DNA from: Octopus vulgaris
Lineage: Eukaryota
Assembly: GCA_951406725.2 (NCBI GenBank)
Contig: OX597820.1
Coordinates: 51,460,001 to 51,524,000, forward strand
Reading direction: 5' to 3'
Length of the DNA: 64,000 nt
The position numbers were made by a program, and so were the translations under genes. The notes beneath the pieces are model-generated. The model had not been told where the DNA came from. It made no database searches and saw nothing but the letters and a program-made list of their open reading frames with translations. Positions 1 through 12,759 of this stretch are shown in pieces (positions within the stretch are counted from its first letter, which is position 1; every line of letters begins with the position of its first letter).

Positions 1-80
1 TAAAAACTACACTAGATTACTTCAACCCTACAAGTTAATAATTATTTCAAATGTTTTCCACGAGGGCAAACATTTGAAAG

Positions 81-211
81 TATTTATCGACCCCGCAAAT
101 ACGAAAGATACAGTCAGCGCCGGCGGAATTTGAACTCAGAACGTGGGGACGGGCGAAATACCGCTAAGCATTTCGTCTAACGCGATAATGATTCTGCCAG
201 CTAACAGCCTT
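81..211 (-). mobile_element. tRNA-derived SINE, 5' half
   Basis: Reverse complement reads AAGGCTGTTAGCTGGCAGAATC...GAAATGCTTAGCGGTATTTCG...CGTTCTGAGTTCAAATTCCGCC...GGGGTCGATAAA. It has a B-box-like GAGTTCAAATTCC and is homologous to the copies at 41202 and 41434. Confidence 0.85.
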
Positions 212-444
212 TCCATGTAAATTAATATTAATCTTAGAAAGGCTTGTCATAAACAAAATAATTATAGAAATATATATTGCGCAAACTTTGCTTGATTTCG
301 TATAATGTTATTGTGTGCATGCAGATTATTTGGATCTTCAAAAGCCACACGGACAGAAGCCTCATAACTAAAGTGTGAAGTAGAAAAAAGTTCCTCGGGC
401 AAAAATCCTACGGCTATATTTTTCGGTTATCTAAGGGTTTCCTT

Positions 445-850
445 GTTTTTGACTTGTTGCAGTCATTAGACTGTGGCCACGCTAGGACACCATCATGAGG
501 AACTTTTAGTCGAATTCATCAGACTCATACATTTTTTAATGATTTCCATCCAGCGGATGAAGTTAAGCCTACAAGGTATCTTCACAGGGTAGAAATAACA
601 GCCAAATCTCTTGATTTTTTTATAACCAGTTCAGTTATCTTCTTCAGTTATTCTTAGATCTTTCTTTATTTTCTAAAAACTTTTTAGTTGTTTCTCTCGT
701 TGGACTACGGCCATGTTGGGGCACCGCCTTGAGGAATATTTAGTCGAATGTATTGCACCCATAATCTGTCTTCGGTGATTTTCAACCAGCACATGAAGTT
801 AAGCCTAGAATGTTTCTCCACATGCTAGAATTAATAGCCAAATCTTTAAA
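445..850 (-). repeat. Two diverged ~240-bp tandem units, each starting with a SINE 3' tail
   Basis: GACT..GGCCA.G.T.GG.CACC...TTTAGTCGAAT...GAAGTTAAGCCTA...AGCCAAATCT occurs at about 469-610 and about 703-846. Confidence 0.6.
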
Positions 851-1244
851 AATAATTTTCTTATAATTTCACGTTAACAAAAACGGGAATCGTGGGTGTA
901 AAAAGGGAATTTATTTTCCAAAATTTCAATTTTGAGGTAATCAAAATGTATTCAATCGAAAATAAATAAGTTGAATAGAGTATCAGAATACAAGACTCTT
1001 TACAACCTCAATGTACATATTGTGTGAATTCCAACAAAAAACAAGAGCATTTATCACAAGAAATGTGTAGAAACATAAAAACGATACGAAGTACGTTTGA
1101 ATAACTAACCTGCGGTGCCATAATTCTATTAGACTTCCCACGGCTAGAGAAAGTTCAAATGGTCATTTCATTCTCATTAATTTGTAAGAGCTGGAAGAAG
1201 GAAAAAAAAGACATTAAATTTGAATTTTAAAGTGCTGATTTTTC

Positions 1245-1400
1245 TGCGACTAAAAACTATTCAAGGCGGTGCCCACCATGAGCGCACTCTAATAACTGCA
1301 ATAAGTAATTTCTTTTAATCCTGGCGTCGATGCAATCGACTTAAAATTCTTCAAGGTGTTGTCCAAGCATGGCTGCAGTCTAATAACTGCAACAAGTAAC
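1245..1400 (+). mobile_element. Two tandem SINE 3' tails
   Basis: CGACT...TTCAAGG.G.TG.CCA.CATG..(T)GCA.TCTAATAACTGCAA.AAGTAA occurs twice. Confidence 0.65.
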
Positions 1401-1499
1401 AGGTGAAAAAAACATCAAACAAAAAGATAACTGAAAAATATAACTTTTGGAATTTTGTTCACTTTAACACTTTAACTATGGGCTTTTCTGCGTGGGTCT

Positions 1500-1800
1500 T
1501 TTTTCCTATGTCGCATTTTGCCTACACTCGTTGGACTCATGACCGTAAGAGTATGGTTTCGATTCATGGACCGGGTGCTACGTTGTGTTCTTTAGCAAGA
1601 CACCTCCATTTATTTTGCTTCAGTCCACTCAAATGGCAACAATGAATAATCATGCAACGGACCGGCATTCAATTGTGAAATTAATGAAATGAATATCTTA
1701 GTGGTGTACATTTTCGTTGGAACATTTCAGGAAAAGATCTTGTACAAAGCACGCAAATTATATGGTTCACAGTTGATGTACCGGTTGACGCGCACATCAT
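1500..1800 (+). mobile_element. Degenerate tRNA-derived SINE (second family)
   Basis: GGACTCATGACCGTAAG...GGTTTCGATTC (B-box-like), then GTTGTGTTCTTTAGCAAGACAC...TTGCTTCAGTCCACTCA core. Confidence 0.6.
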
Positions 1801-1888
1801 TTTATTTGTGTCTGGGAATACATGATATACTTTATTCTATGTCGTAGGCAATTGATAATTTTATATGTATATATATATATATATATAT

Positions 1889-2078
1889 AGGAAGAGTTTA
1901 CGAAAAAAAAAACAAAAGACGTAGACAGGTGGTGTACAAAATAAACAAATATATTAGTTAACACTCAGGATTAGAAAAAGTCTTTTACGATTCGAGCCTA
2001 GGCACTTCTACAGAAACGGAAACAGAAAAAACAAGGAGAGAAAAAATGTCTGTAGTGGTTAACGATCTCTCATGGCGA

Positions 2079-2080
<2 letters not shown>
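1889..2080 (-). mobile_element. Short Penelope-terminus-like element in a (TA)n tract, carrying a degenerate hammerhead motif
   Basis: Homologous to 59681-59880 and flanked by (TA)n on both sides. Hammerhead-like motif at 1982-2017. Confidence 0.65.
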
Positions 2081-2149
<69 letters not shown>

Positions 2150-2164
2150 TATATACGATATACG

Positions 2165-2238
<74 letters not shown>

Positions 2239-2270
2239 CAATACGCATATACGTATATATATATATACAC

Positions 2271-2306
<36 letters not shown>

Positions 2307-2407
2307 ATATATATATACATACATACGCATATAGTATATATATATATATATACATACATATATACATATATATATATACACATATATACATATATATATA
2401 TATACAC

Positions 2408-2454
<47 letters not shown>

Positions 2455-2523
2455 TGTGTGTGTGTGTGTAAATACGTATAAATGTGTATATGGGTATACA
2501 TGCATATATGTACATATATATAT

Positions 2524-2555
<32 letters not shown>

Positions 2556-2640
2556 GTGCGCGTGTGTGTGTAAATACGTATAAATGTGTATATGTCTATA
2601 CATGCATATATGTACATATATATATATATATGTATATATT
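2081..2640. repeat. Compound (TA)n/(TG)n/(CA)n microsatellite with an internal ~100-bp higher-order duplication
   Basis: Direct inspection. GTGTAAATACGTATAAATGTGTATATG..TATACATGCATATATGTACATAT occurs at about 2466 and about 2568. Confidence 0.95.
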
Positions 2641-3038
2641 TACTTACCTATTTATATACATACACCCACACAAACACAAATACCTATAAACACACACATG
2701 ATCACGCATCTCTGATTTCGATTCTTTTAAGTGTATATACTATATACAGAAAGTAAAAGATATCAAAGCCGTAAATAGGTTTGAACTATACATATATTGT
2801 CTAAAATCAAACAAAATAATGTTTTGTTTTATTTTTCTGCTTTCTAAACAAATGAAATGCATTTTTTTATTTTGTTTTTCATATACGCATTTCGCAACCT
2901 GTACTGAATGACACTGATACAAAATATAGAACTCATGTCCCTAGGTGAACAATATGATACAAAGAAATTTCTTTTGATGTAAGTAGCCTATTTCTGAAGC
3001 AACACCCACATAGTTTAATATGTTTTACAACGTGTTCG

Positions 3039-3260
3039 TTACTCTTTTACTCGTTTACTTGTTTTAGTCATTTGACTGCGGCCATGCTGGAGCACCGCCT
3101 TTAATCGAGCAACTCGACCCCGGGACTTATTCTTTTGTAAGCCCAGTACTTATTCTATCGGTCTCTTTTGCCGAACCGCTAAGTAACGGGAACATAAACA
3201 CACCAGCATCGGTTGTCAAGCAATACTAGGGGGACAAACACAGATGCACAAACACACACA
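3039..3260 (-). mobile_element. SINE 3' half, young subfamily
   Basis: Near-identical in reverse complement to 29255-29448 (GAATAAGTCCCGGGGTCGAGTTGCTCGATTAAAGGCGGT...CAGCATGGCCG.AGTCAAATGACT), with a (GAGTAAAA)-type tail. Confidence 0.9.
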
Positions 3261-3527
3261 CTGCCTATGTAATGATAATAATAAGAGGATGTAACCACAT
3301 GAACAAAATAAGAATAAACAAAAACAACAACAAAAGCAAAATACAAATTACATGAACGTATATAAACAGAAGATACAAATATTATAGGCATCCCCCCACA
3401 TACACACACTAAATAAACATAGACGCACATAGAGATATAAGCATGCGCAAATGAAGACTTACAATAGAAATACAAAATGGCTGACGGTTAGTAAGGAGAG
3501 ACACAAATAAGAAAGAAGAAAACAAAG

Positions 3528-3570
3528 GACCACTGATGCGGTCACAGATGTGTGACGAAAGAACTCTTGC
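3528..3570 (+). ncRNA. Degenerate minimal type I hammerhead ribozyme motif
   Basis: CCA-CTGATGC-G-GTCACA-GATG-TGTGAC-GAA-AGAACT-C-TTG. Perfect 6-bp stem II and GAAA; A9>C in the core. Confidence 0.6.
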
Positions 3571-6451
3571 CGGAATAAGATTAAGATTAAGGTAAAAATA
3601 AATAACACTGAATCAAAATAACACCAAATATATAGTGCGTGTGTTTTTAATGGCTAAACTGGCAAAATGACCATTCCGAAATATAACAATATATATATAT
3701 CGTTATCTGTACATATCTTGCTATTTATTCCTACATATAATGAGTTGATATATATTACAGAGCATATATGAACATACAGTCACGTTAACTCGTACATGAG
3801 TGCATGCAAATATTAGAAGAATGATAAAGAGGGAACTACAGAAAAAGAGAGAGACAAAAAATGTTCTATTTCTTTTGACTTGTAATGAATTCAACTTACA
3901 TGCGGTTATATCTGATTAGTTACTTTTCATACTATGCATATCCGTTGACTCAAAGAATCACACACACTGACAAATGAACCTACGTGTGAATGTGCCTATG
4001 TGTGAATGTATGTATACACCCACACGCACACGTTCACTTAATCACATAATGTTCTGGCTACTGCCATACACTGTTTCGAGAAATTCTATTACTACTTGAG
4101 TTGAACAGTTTTTATACGTGTGTGTCTGTGCTTCTTTGTATGTGTGCTTGTGTGCGTGTGTGTGTGTGTGAAAGTTGGCTAGGCAGGTATTGTAACAAGA
4201 TATTTCTTGAGTCTATTACATGGCAGTGAAAACTATCCATTATCCTTTCCCTGCTACTAAAACATAACAATTAACTACTTCGTATATACAAAAGGCAACC
4301 CAATTAGGTCCGAAGGTTCTGTATTTTGATGTCTACTTCTCATGTTCCAGTCTTAATTGGCAGCATTTTGCCTCGTTATTGACTATTCACACAACATTTC
4401 AATAGTTCTGCTTTTCACACTTTGTAGCTAGTTCCCTCTTTTACCTTATGAAAATTTCTTGTAAGTTCTGACTGTGTAATTAGTTCTACAGTATAAATTT
4501 GAGACTGGTTCGTATGTTTATTTCTTAAAACATATAAGAAAGAAATGTGAAAAGAATCATAGCACTTATGCCAGCAATGTATAAATTAGCAGTATTCTTT
4601 TTTAAAGTAGACATTTTTACATACATGATACAAAATTTTTAACCGCAAAAGTAAGTATATCATCAACTCTTTAATGGCACATATTAAATGCTAAATGCCG
4701 TGTCACAGACCAAAGATAAGATAAGCGGTTGTAAAAATAAATAGTTGTGAACGCAAAACACATTTGTTTTACTTCCATCTATGGCATTGTATTACGTATA
4801 TCAATTTGTCTTCAAATATATCTTCAACCAAACGAAAAGAAAATGGAGTGAAATATAGCAAAATATTATTTTATAAATAGTTATTTGTTAAATTTTCATA
4901 TTTCCATTTCGTATTTCACGCAAGAGCAATGTCAAAGATTGACAGTATTCAAAATAGCGTGAGATGTGATTAAACAAACGAAAATAATAGAAAACAACAC
5001 CACTGGGAGGCGCAAACAACGTATGATCCGATGTACAGCTGAGAAGTAACTGAATATTCTAATAATAGATAGTTTCTTTTAGACGTAAGTCTCCAAGGTA
5101 ACGCTTATTTACTGTACACAAGTTCGAAGACACAGATAGCAATTTATCATAACAAACCATTTTGGCAAGGATGTATGGATGTGTGTGTGTATCTGTGTGT
5201 GTGTGTGTGTGTGTGTGTATTTGTGTGTGTGTATGTGTGTGTGTGTTTTCTGTAATAAACAATTATTGATGTTTGTCTGAAAATAATTCCTTAGTTCAGC
5301 ATGAATTATAAAGGAGTAGATCTTACAAATTTTTTAATAGAAAAAAGTAAAAGACACCTTACTTGAAATATCATTTTTAGTTCGAACGAAGGAAAGCAAA
5401 TATAAAAATTCGCGGCATTTACTTTCTTTGTTCTCTGTTTCTATTCCAGTCCAACGTTAGTTAGTGACGAGATACTCAATGAAAAAGACGATAACGAGGC
5501 TAAATCTTTACACGATTATTTACGTATTAGGATTTATTATTAGAAGGCGTGGGACAACAGAAATCGTAGTAATGCAGTTCATCTCCTGCACTAACTTGTG
5601 ATTAAATCTAGTACATTCTAGTGGTTTCGAAATCAATACAACTGAAGAGATACCATATTTCTGGAAACATCTTTCGAGAAATCTTTGATTAACGCAGCTA
5701 AAATAAAATAAAGATAATTTTGAACAAAAATGCGATCTTTGTATGGAACCTTATTAAATATCTCTTTGTGAAATAACAACACTAGACATGAGAAGAACCA
5801 AATTATGAGGTCAAAATTCAAGCGAGTTTGGGAAAAAATAAATTTCTATATAAGTCTAAAATGTTCATGAAGATATATCTAAAATTGATATTTATCAGAA
5901 GGGATTGAGCAGAAATAAGCTTTAGGTTCAACTGTCATCTGTCAGGGAGCAAGAAGCATATAAGTTCTATCGTTCAGTTGGAAATAGGTAGTGAATCGTT
6001 TTGAAACTCACTCTAAGGTTTTCAATAATGAAATTCAATATTGGAAACGTAATGCGAAATATCTCTAGAACGACAAATTATTCAAGACTAAATTGTTATT
6101 AGCTCTTTCATCAACGTGAATAGTTCTTTCGCTTTCAGTTATTGAAAGTGCTGTCTGACATCCATTCACAGTTTACAAAAGTTTTGTGCGAAGAAGCTAA
6201 GACTAGTTCAAACACTAGTGATATTACACTTCTTAGTTCATGCTTCTAGGTCTCAACAATGGCGTTTACGTTCTGTTTTCAAATTCCGCTTTCGGAGTCA
6301 ATAAAAGAAGAACCAGTTGAACACTGGAATTGACTGGACCGCACTCAAGTTGCATGTTACATATGTTATATATAAATATATATACATACATATATATGTG
6401 TGTGTGTTTGTGTGTGCATGTGTGTGTATACACACACATATGCACACACAT

Positions 6452-6517
<66 letters not shown>

Positions 6518-6619
6518 GTATACGTAGAATAATACTAATATTGTCTTTGTACAACCATTTATTCAGATATACGTTAATGTTAATGTTTGTATGCACATAT
6601 GCACATATGTATCTTAAAA

Positions 6620-6835
6620 TCTAACCCTCTTTCTTTCATTTCCCTTCTTTTTCATTCTCTCTCTTTCTCTTTCTCTCTCTTTCTCTCTTTCTATTTCTGT
6701 ATTTCTCACTTTTTCTTTCTCTCTCTCTTTCTCACTTTTTCTTTCTCTCTCTCTTTCTCTCTCTGTTTCTCGCACTATCGTTCTCTCTTTATCTCTCTCT
6801 GTTTCTCCCTCTCTATCACTCTCTTTCTCTCTCTC
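6620..6835. repeat. Imperfect (TC)n/(TTTC)n polypyrimidine tract
   Basis: Direct inspection. Confidence 0.9.
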
Positions 6836-7047
6836 AAAAGTTCTTGAACTAAGTACATCGTCCACTTTCTCACGTGCTAGCAGCTCTGCGTGCCCTGTTT
6901 GCAGAAAACTTACAGTAATATAGATCTTTCAATCTCTTATTATACAATTTACACACACACACTCACACACACACACACACAAATATCTATCTATCTATTT
7001 CTCTAACTATCTATCTGTCTATCCATCCATCTACGTATATATGTATT

Positions 7048-7052
<5 letters not shown>

Positions 7053-7145
<93 letters not shown>
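7053..7145. repeat. (TA)n microsatellite
   Basis: Direct inspection. Confidence 0.95.
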
Positions 7146-7146
<1 letters not shown>

Positions 7147-8059
7147 GTACACATACACACATGCATATATATGTGTGTATATATATATATATATAAATTT
7201 ACATGTATAGATATAAATATATATGTATCTATCTATCTTCCTCTCTATATGTATGTGTGTAATATATAAGTACATATATGTTTATCCATGTAAACACATA
7301 CACACACACACACATTTGATAAAGCATATTCAGCAAAAAAGAATATTCATTATAAACAGAATAACCGAACTGAGATACATAGGGCAACATTTTATATGTA
7401 TTGCCACGCAATAAAAAATGTTTTTTCATTTATTTCAAGGGCAGTTATTTATTTCATTATGTTAGTATTGTTTGTATTTTTTATTCTTTATGTTGCAGTG
7501 TTTATTCTTATATCTTGTTTTCTATTCTACTACACTCTGAATATTCACTTATTTTCGCATCTGTTATTTCATTCCCTTAAAATATAATACGATTTCGAAA
7601 GTAATCCATTATCCTTATATATTCATACACACATACTGAAATACACACAAACATATACATTCATACATATATACGTATGTACGTATATGCGATTTTTGTA
7701 CGTGTGTTTGTGTAAATATATATTTTCATATATTGTTTATAAATATATGTTCCATTATTCATACACGCACGGACGCATATATAGAGTGTGTATTCTGAAT
7801 ATTTTCTATTAAGCAAATACTAAAGTAAATGTTAACCTATGACCAAACAACATGTACCAATATTCATCATATTATATTCGTTTAATATTAGGTTGAACTT
7901 ACCACTGAAAGAAAATCACATGATTTGAAGGCAAAACTCATTTTCACTTTCACACTACTGTTAAAAACATACATACAAAAATGTGGTACGGCCGTGCCGA
8001 AAGACAATAATGTAAGTGGACATATGTATTTGTATACACATATAAACACCTAATCATAT

Positions 8060-8127
8060 ATTATATATATATAGATGCTTATATATATATATATATATAT
8101 ACATACATAATCATATATATAGATACT

Positions 8128-8171
<44 letters not shown>

Positions 8172-8274
8172 TAATCATATATATATATATATGCTTATAT
8201 ACACACATATATATATATATAGTGAGAGAGAGAGGGAGAGATACATGCATACATACATACATACATACATAATC

Positions 8275-8311
<37 letters not shown>

Positions 8312-8342
8312 TCTATATCTATCTATCTATACATATATATAT

Positions 8343-8419
<77 letters not shown>

Positions 8420-8420
8420 G
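8060..8420. repeat. (TA)n-rich compound repeat ending in (GATA)n
   Basis: Direct inspection. Confidence 0.95.
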
Positions 8421-10169
8421 CTTTGTATGTGTAGTGTCATTCGTGCTATCTTGTCATGCTACTGTATTGTAGAACATAACAGGCAGATGAGTGCCTTCAT
8501 TCCATCCTTGAGGAAACACCTGTGTAGATTTTGACCAATTGGCACCCATTGCGACAAACCGTTCCAGCGACAGTGTGATGCTGGTAGACTGATGTCAAAA
8601 TCGCAGTCCCTATACGTGAACCATTACTATCCGGAAGCTACTTATACGCATTAACAAAGGGGGAAAACAATGAGGTAAAAAAAAAATAAAGAGAAAAAAC
8701 ACTACAGATATTTTACAGGCAGGATTCTACGCTCAGCTTGAAACTCACAGAATGTGACGGCTTGAAGATCAAATAAAACGCCCAGTTATATAAACACGAA
8801 TCAGATGAAAATTACACGAGGCAAATAAATTATACTTATACAATACTTTGTATGTCACCAAAACCATCTGATCAGAATATATCTTGCTAAATACTGCCAC
8901 CATCGTCCATGATATCCCGAGGAATGGCATTAGGATCGAAATATAAACATATGAGTGAGCATAGGACTGGTGTTTTGTCTTTACCAATTCTGCTTTTACA
9001 GGTATATTTTTTTTCTTTTATAATTTCTAATGCATTGTCTAATGCACCTAAAGTACTAATGGCAGATCTTTGCTGAATGATGCTAACTAACGCATCGCCT
9101 CCAAACGATTCATGGTTTAGAAGTTGAGAGAAATGATATGGGATTGCCTTTGATTTAGTAAACAGATTTACTAAGCAGTGCCTTCCTTTGAATACAGGGG
9201 AATCTACGCTGAAATATCTAAGCGTATAATCATTCTTAAAATATTAGACCTTCCCACCTGGTGTGTGCATCTACCTAAGCGGCCGCCTCTATAGGTATTT
9301 TACATTTTAACAATAGGTAACAGCTAGGTTTTGAGATCATAACCTATCATTTAGCAAGACATTACGAGAGGGTGGTTGTTGCCATTCTGTACAACAATAC
9401 ACTCTGGGCATCGCTTTTGCAGGGAAAACATCTGAACATCAGCATTATTTTTACTAAATGAGTCCCCGGTATTGGCTGTAGCATATCACAATGTGTCTCT
9501 AGCACATTGTAAAAGCTGATCTTGAAACACCTACCAAGCTGTACCTTTGATGTGGTATAACCAATCCTGAAGCTACTTTCTCACACTAGGATCATAAAAA
9601 TTAAGGACATTCCAGTAGCTAGGAATCTCAGCTGGCCCTCTTGTCTCATTCGCTGTAACTACCATTCAGAACTTTGATAGTATCACCGAGAGGCCTGACC
9701 AATACTCCGGTTTAATATCACAGATATCATGATTGCGCATTTTAACATAATCTAGGAGGAACCGGCCTTACACTGTGTTGTTGTGTGGACACCTGTGTAC
9801 ATAAAGTGAGTCTTGCCATCTAAAGATCATATCCAACTAAAAGTTATGGGGCTATTGCTCTTCCTCCTTCTAATGAAACACCCAAAATAGTTCCACGTTT
9901 GCCTATCTGTACCGACCTTGGCCCTGAAATCCCTAAGTAGAATGATTTAGTATTTCCCTGAGTTTAGATCTCAACTTGGCTTTGAAATTAATGTTTTTCA
10001 TAAGAATTGATCATATTTGCAGCTTAGACACTTATCAAAGTAATAAAACGCAGATGCAATCATGAAACGGATATTTATAAGAAAAAGGAAGTTCTTCCAA
10101 CTTCTTGGGAATTTGAGACCGAACTGCAAAATAACGCCAAACTTGATGCTCCAACCCATCAGTTTCCAA

Positions 10170-12005
10170 TTCGATCAATATGTCATCCAAGTATGGGACT
10201 TCAAACTCAGAACTTGCTGGCGTAGTGTCCATACTTGCTGAAATATGGCTGGTGCGACCTTCACCCCAAAATGGCAGTCTTTTGAAATGGTACAGACCTT
10301 TATGAGTATTAATTGTTAATACTTTAACACACTCCTCATCAACAAGTAAATGGAGGTAGGCGTCTGACAAATCAAAGTTGAAAAAAAATTTTCCCACAAT
10401 TTTACTTACCAACTATTTCTTCTGGACTTCGAAGCGGATTGTTGCATTGTTTTTAAACAATCATTTCGACATATTGAGAACTCCCTGCATACCATTGTAT
10501 TGTTACTTTTTTTAAATATACAGTAGGAACCACCCACGCTGAGTAATCTACTTTTTCAATTACCTCCATGTCTTCCATTCTTTTTAGTTCCTTCTGAACT
10601 TGATTTAACGCCACGAAAGGCACACTCCTTTTCGGTTTGAACACTCGTACTGCATTTTCTTTCAACTGAAACTTTACTTTCCATCTTTTACACGTTCCGA
10701 GTTCCTATGAGAACACATCAGGGTACACCTTTAATTTTAATTTCAATTTTCCAACGCATAATGTGACACGGACTGTGACACATTCACCTTATTGCATAAT
10801 GTACTCAATGATAAATCCCACAGGTCGAATTCTTCCATTAAATTTGTACCGAACAAATTCATTGTATTGTTAGATACCATTATTTTACTTTTACGAGTCA
10901 TAACTTTCACTTTTATTTCTGACGAAATTTCGCCCAATAATTGAACTCGTTCCCCTGACACACTGTGAGCTATCTTAGTAGTTTTTTTTTTATATAGCAG
11001 CCTTCCTGTTTTAATCCATGTTGCCGTATTAATTATCGATGCGGCTGAACCGGTATCTAATTGCATTTTCGTCTGAAAACTAATTTTTTCTACCAACACA
11101 AATTTTCGGTTTTCTCTGGTATCATTAATTTTTGTTGAGTAGACTTCGGTTTCTCATTTTTTAATATTTTTCATCAACTAGCATTTTGACTATGCCCAAT
11201 TTTACTGCACATAAAATATATTTTTAACTTTAAAGGGGAAATCTTTCTTAAAATGCAGGTCTCTGGAACCGTAGCATGGTTGTTGATTTCTGTCTTTTTT
11301 TCTTTCAAATTTGATAATAATCTTTTTTCAAATATCCGCGTCTTCCGTTGCCACAAGCCTTTTAACGAATATTAGGCAGTTAGACATATCTCACGTTAAT
11401 TCTCCAAGCTTAAATCTTTCGTAAGCCTTAGTAACAATACCAGCATAATGTTACAAAATCGTCGGACTCATTCTCACTTTAAATTCAAACATTCCCACCG
11501 AATGTTAAACAGCGAACTTCTTTCGCTAAAAATATTAATCAAAGTATTTATTGTTTCATCAAAACGCAATTACGTTGACTTACTTAGCAAAATAAAGTTA
11601 CAAAAGCATTACCTTGTTTTCACTAAACCATCCCTTGCATTCCTCTCTGAATATGTCCTCGTACCGTTTGTAATACGCGGTAAAGGTAGATCCTTCATCC
11701 AGTTTGTACTGAAATTCTGGATGTACTGAAATATTGCAACACCGTCCGCTGAAAATGATTGACATATTTATCTACTGCAGTAACAACTCTGATAACTCGT
11801 GTATTTGCTACTGTGGCTCTTGTTTTACGACTGCTTTCAGTATAACTTCCATTTGGGCTCTATTATCAGTTTCAATAGTGTTTGAAGCCACGGTACTGCT
11901 CGAAACCTCGACGCCACTGTTGTATCAGTGGGGATATTGTCCGAATCCTCGTTGTCGCTGTTGTATCGGTGGCGATATTGTCAGAATCCTCGTCGCGACT
12001 GCTGA
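10170..12005 (-). mobile_element. Ty3/Gypsy LTR retrotransposon relic (K02A2.6-like): PBS, gag, protease, partial RT; frameshifted
   Basis: gag motif EFQYKLDEGSTFTAYYKRYEDIFREECKGW (about 11720-11630); knuckle-like YFMCSKIGH; protease MQLDTGSAASII; RT VFKPKRSVPF, DLSDAYL..INTHKGLY..RLPF, YLDDILI; PBS-like TGGCGACGAGGAT near 11903-12000. Confidence 0.9.
11903..12001 (-). repeat. 41-bp tandem repeat (about 2.4 copies), each containing a tRNA-Ser(GCU)-type primer-binding site
   Basis: Units start at 11903, 11944 and 11985. Minus-strand consensus is C(T/G)GACAATATCGCCAC(C/T)GATACAACAGTGGCGACGAGGATT. Confidence 0.8.
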
Positions 12006-12726
12006 AACGATATAACAGGATAATAAGTAACGTCCTTGCAATCGTCCTTCTCAAGATACACAAAACTTGTACTTACACTTAACACTACATTACTGTCGAC
12101 TTTACACAGCTGACCGGCTCTCTATTTCTTTTATTTAGTCGCATGGCCTTTACAAGGAGTGTACACCACAAAGACAGATAAAACAATACATGGGGTACAT
12201 AAAAACGTATAACGAATGAAATATGAATATAAATGAAATGAGAATGGAATGGCTTTCCTACGCGCCAAAGTAGGTAGTTCCATTTTAGTATATTACTTGT
12301 ATGTCTTGTATCTTGTTCACAATGTTGCACCAACAATTCCAATAAATCTTCAAATGTTATCACTGGTGGCAAATCATCGTAACGAAATCGAAGTTCTGTC
12401 GTCTCTATCCTGTCGTCAGCTATTTCCTACAACGTTTCTGCTCTATCATCCTCCAGCAACACTGCTTTCTCATTTAGATTTCCCTCTTTGTCAGCCAGTT
12501 TAATACTTATTAAATTTTTCATTTTTGAAATTCTCTTTTCTATCTCTACACTCTTTTTGTAACAAACCATCAATATTTCATGCTTCCCCTTCGCTCGATA
12601 ATCTTTTTCTAAAAAAGTGAAACCGGTCAAGTTAATAAACATCTTTAAAATTGCATTTTAAAATCTTTCATATATATTTCCACTCGTGCGGTACCTTACA
12701 ACTTTACTTTGTTATATATGTTTATA

Positions 12727-12759
<33 letters not shown>

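Noticed and set aside
1985-2689. Long [14 protein letters not shown] ORFs here and throughout the window
   Set aside because: Stop-free translations of (TA)n/(TG)n microsatellites, not genes.
5642-5672. CTGAAGA...GAAA hammerhead candidate
   Set aside because: Stem II does not close next to GAAA, and there is no stem I or III.
7984-8005. GGTAC-GGCC-GTGCC-GAAA hairpin resembling hammerhead stem II
   Set aside because: No CUGANGA-like core upstream.
8500-9800. Possible very old L1/Tx1-like ORF2 relic (GKDKTP...) on the minus strand
   Set aside because: Motifs too eroded to support a call.
11903-12001. CRISPR-like periodic repeat
   Set aside because: Whole 41-bp units repeat with no unique spacers and no cas genes; explained as a Gypsy PBS duplication.
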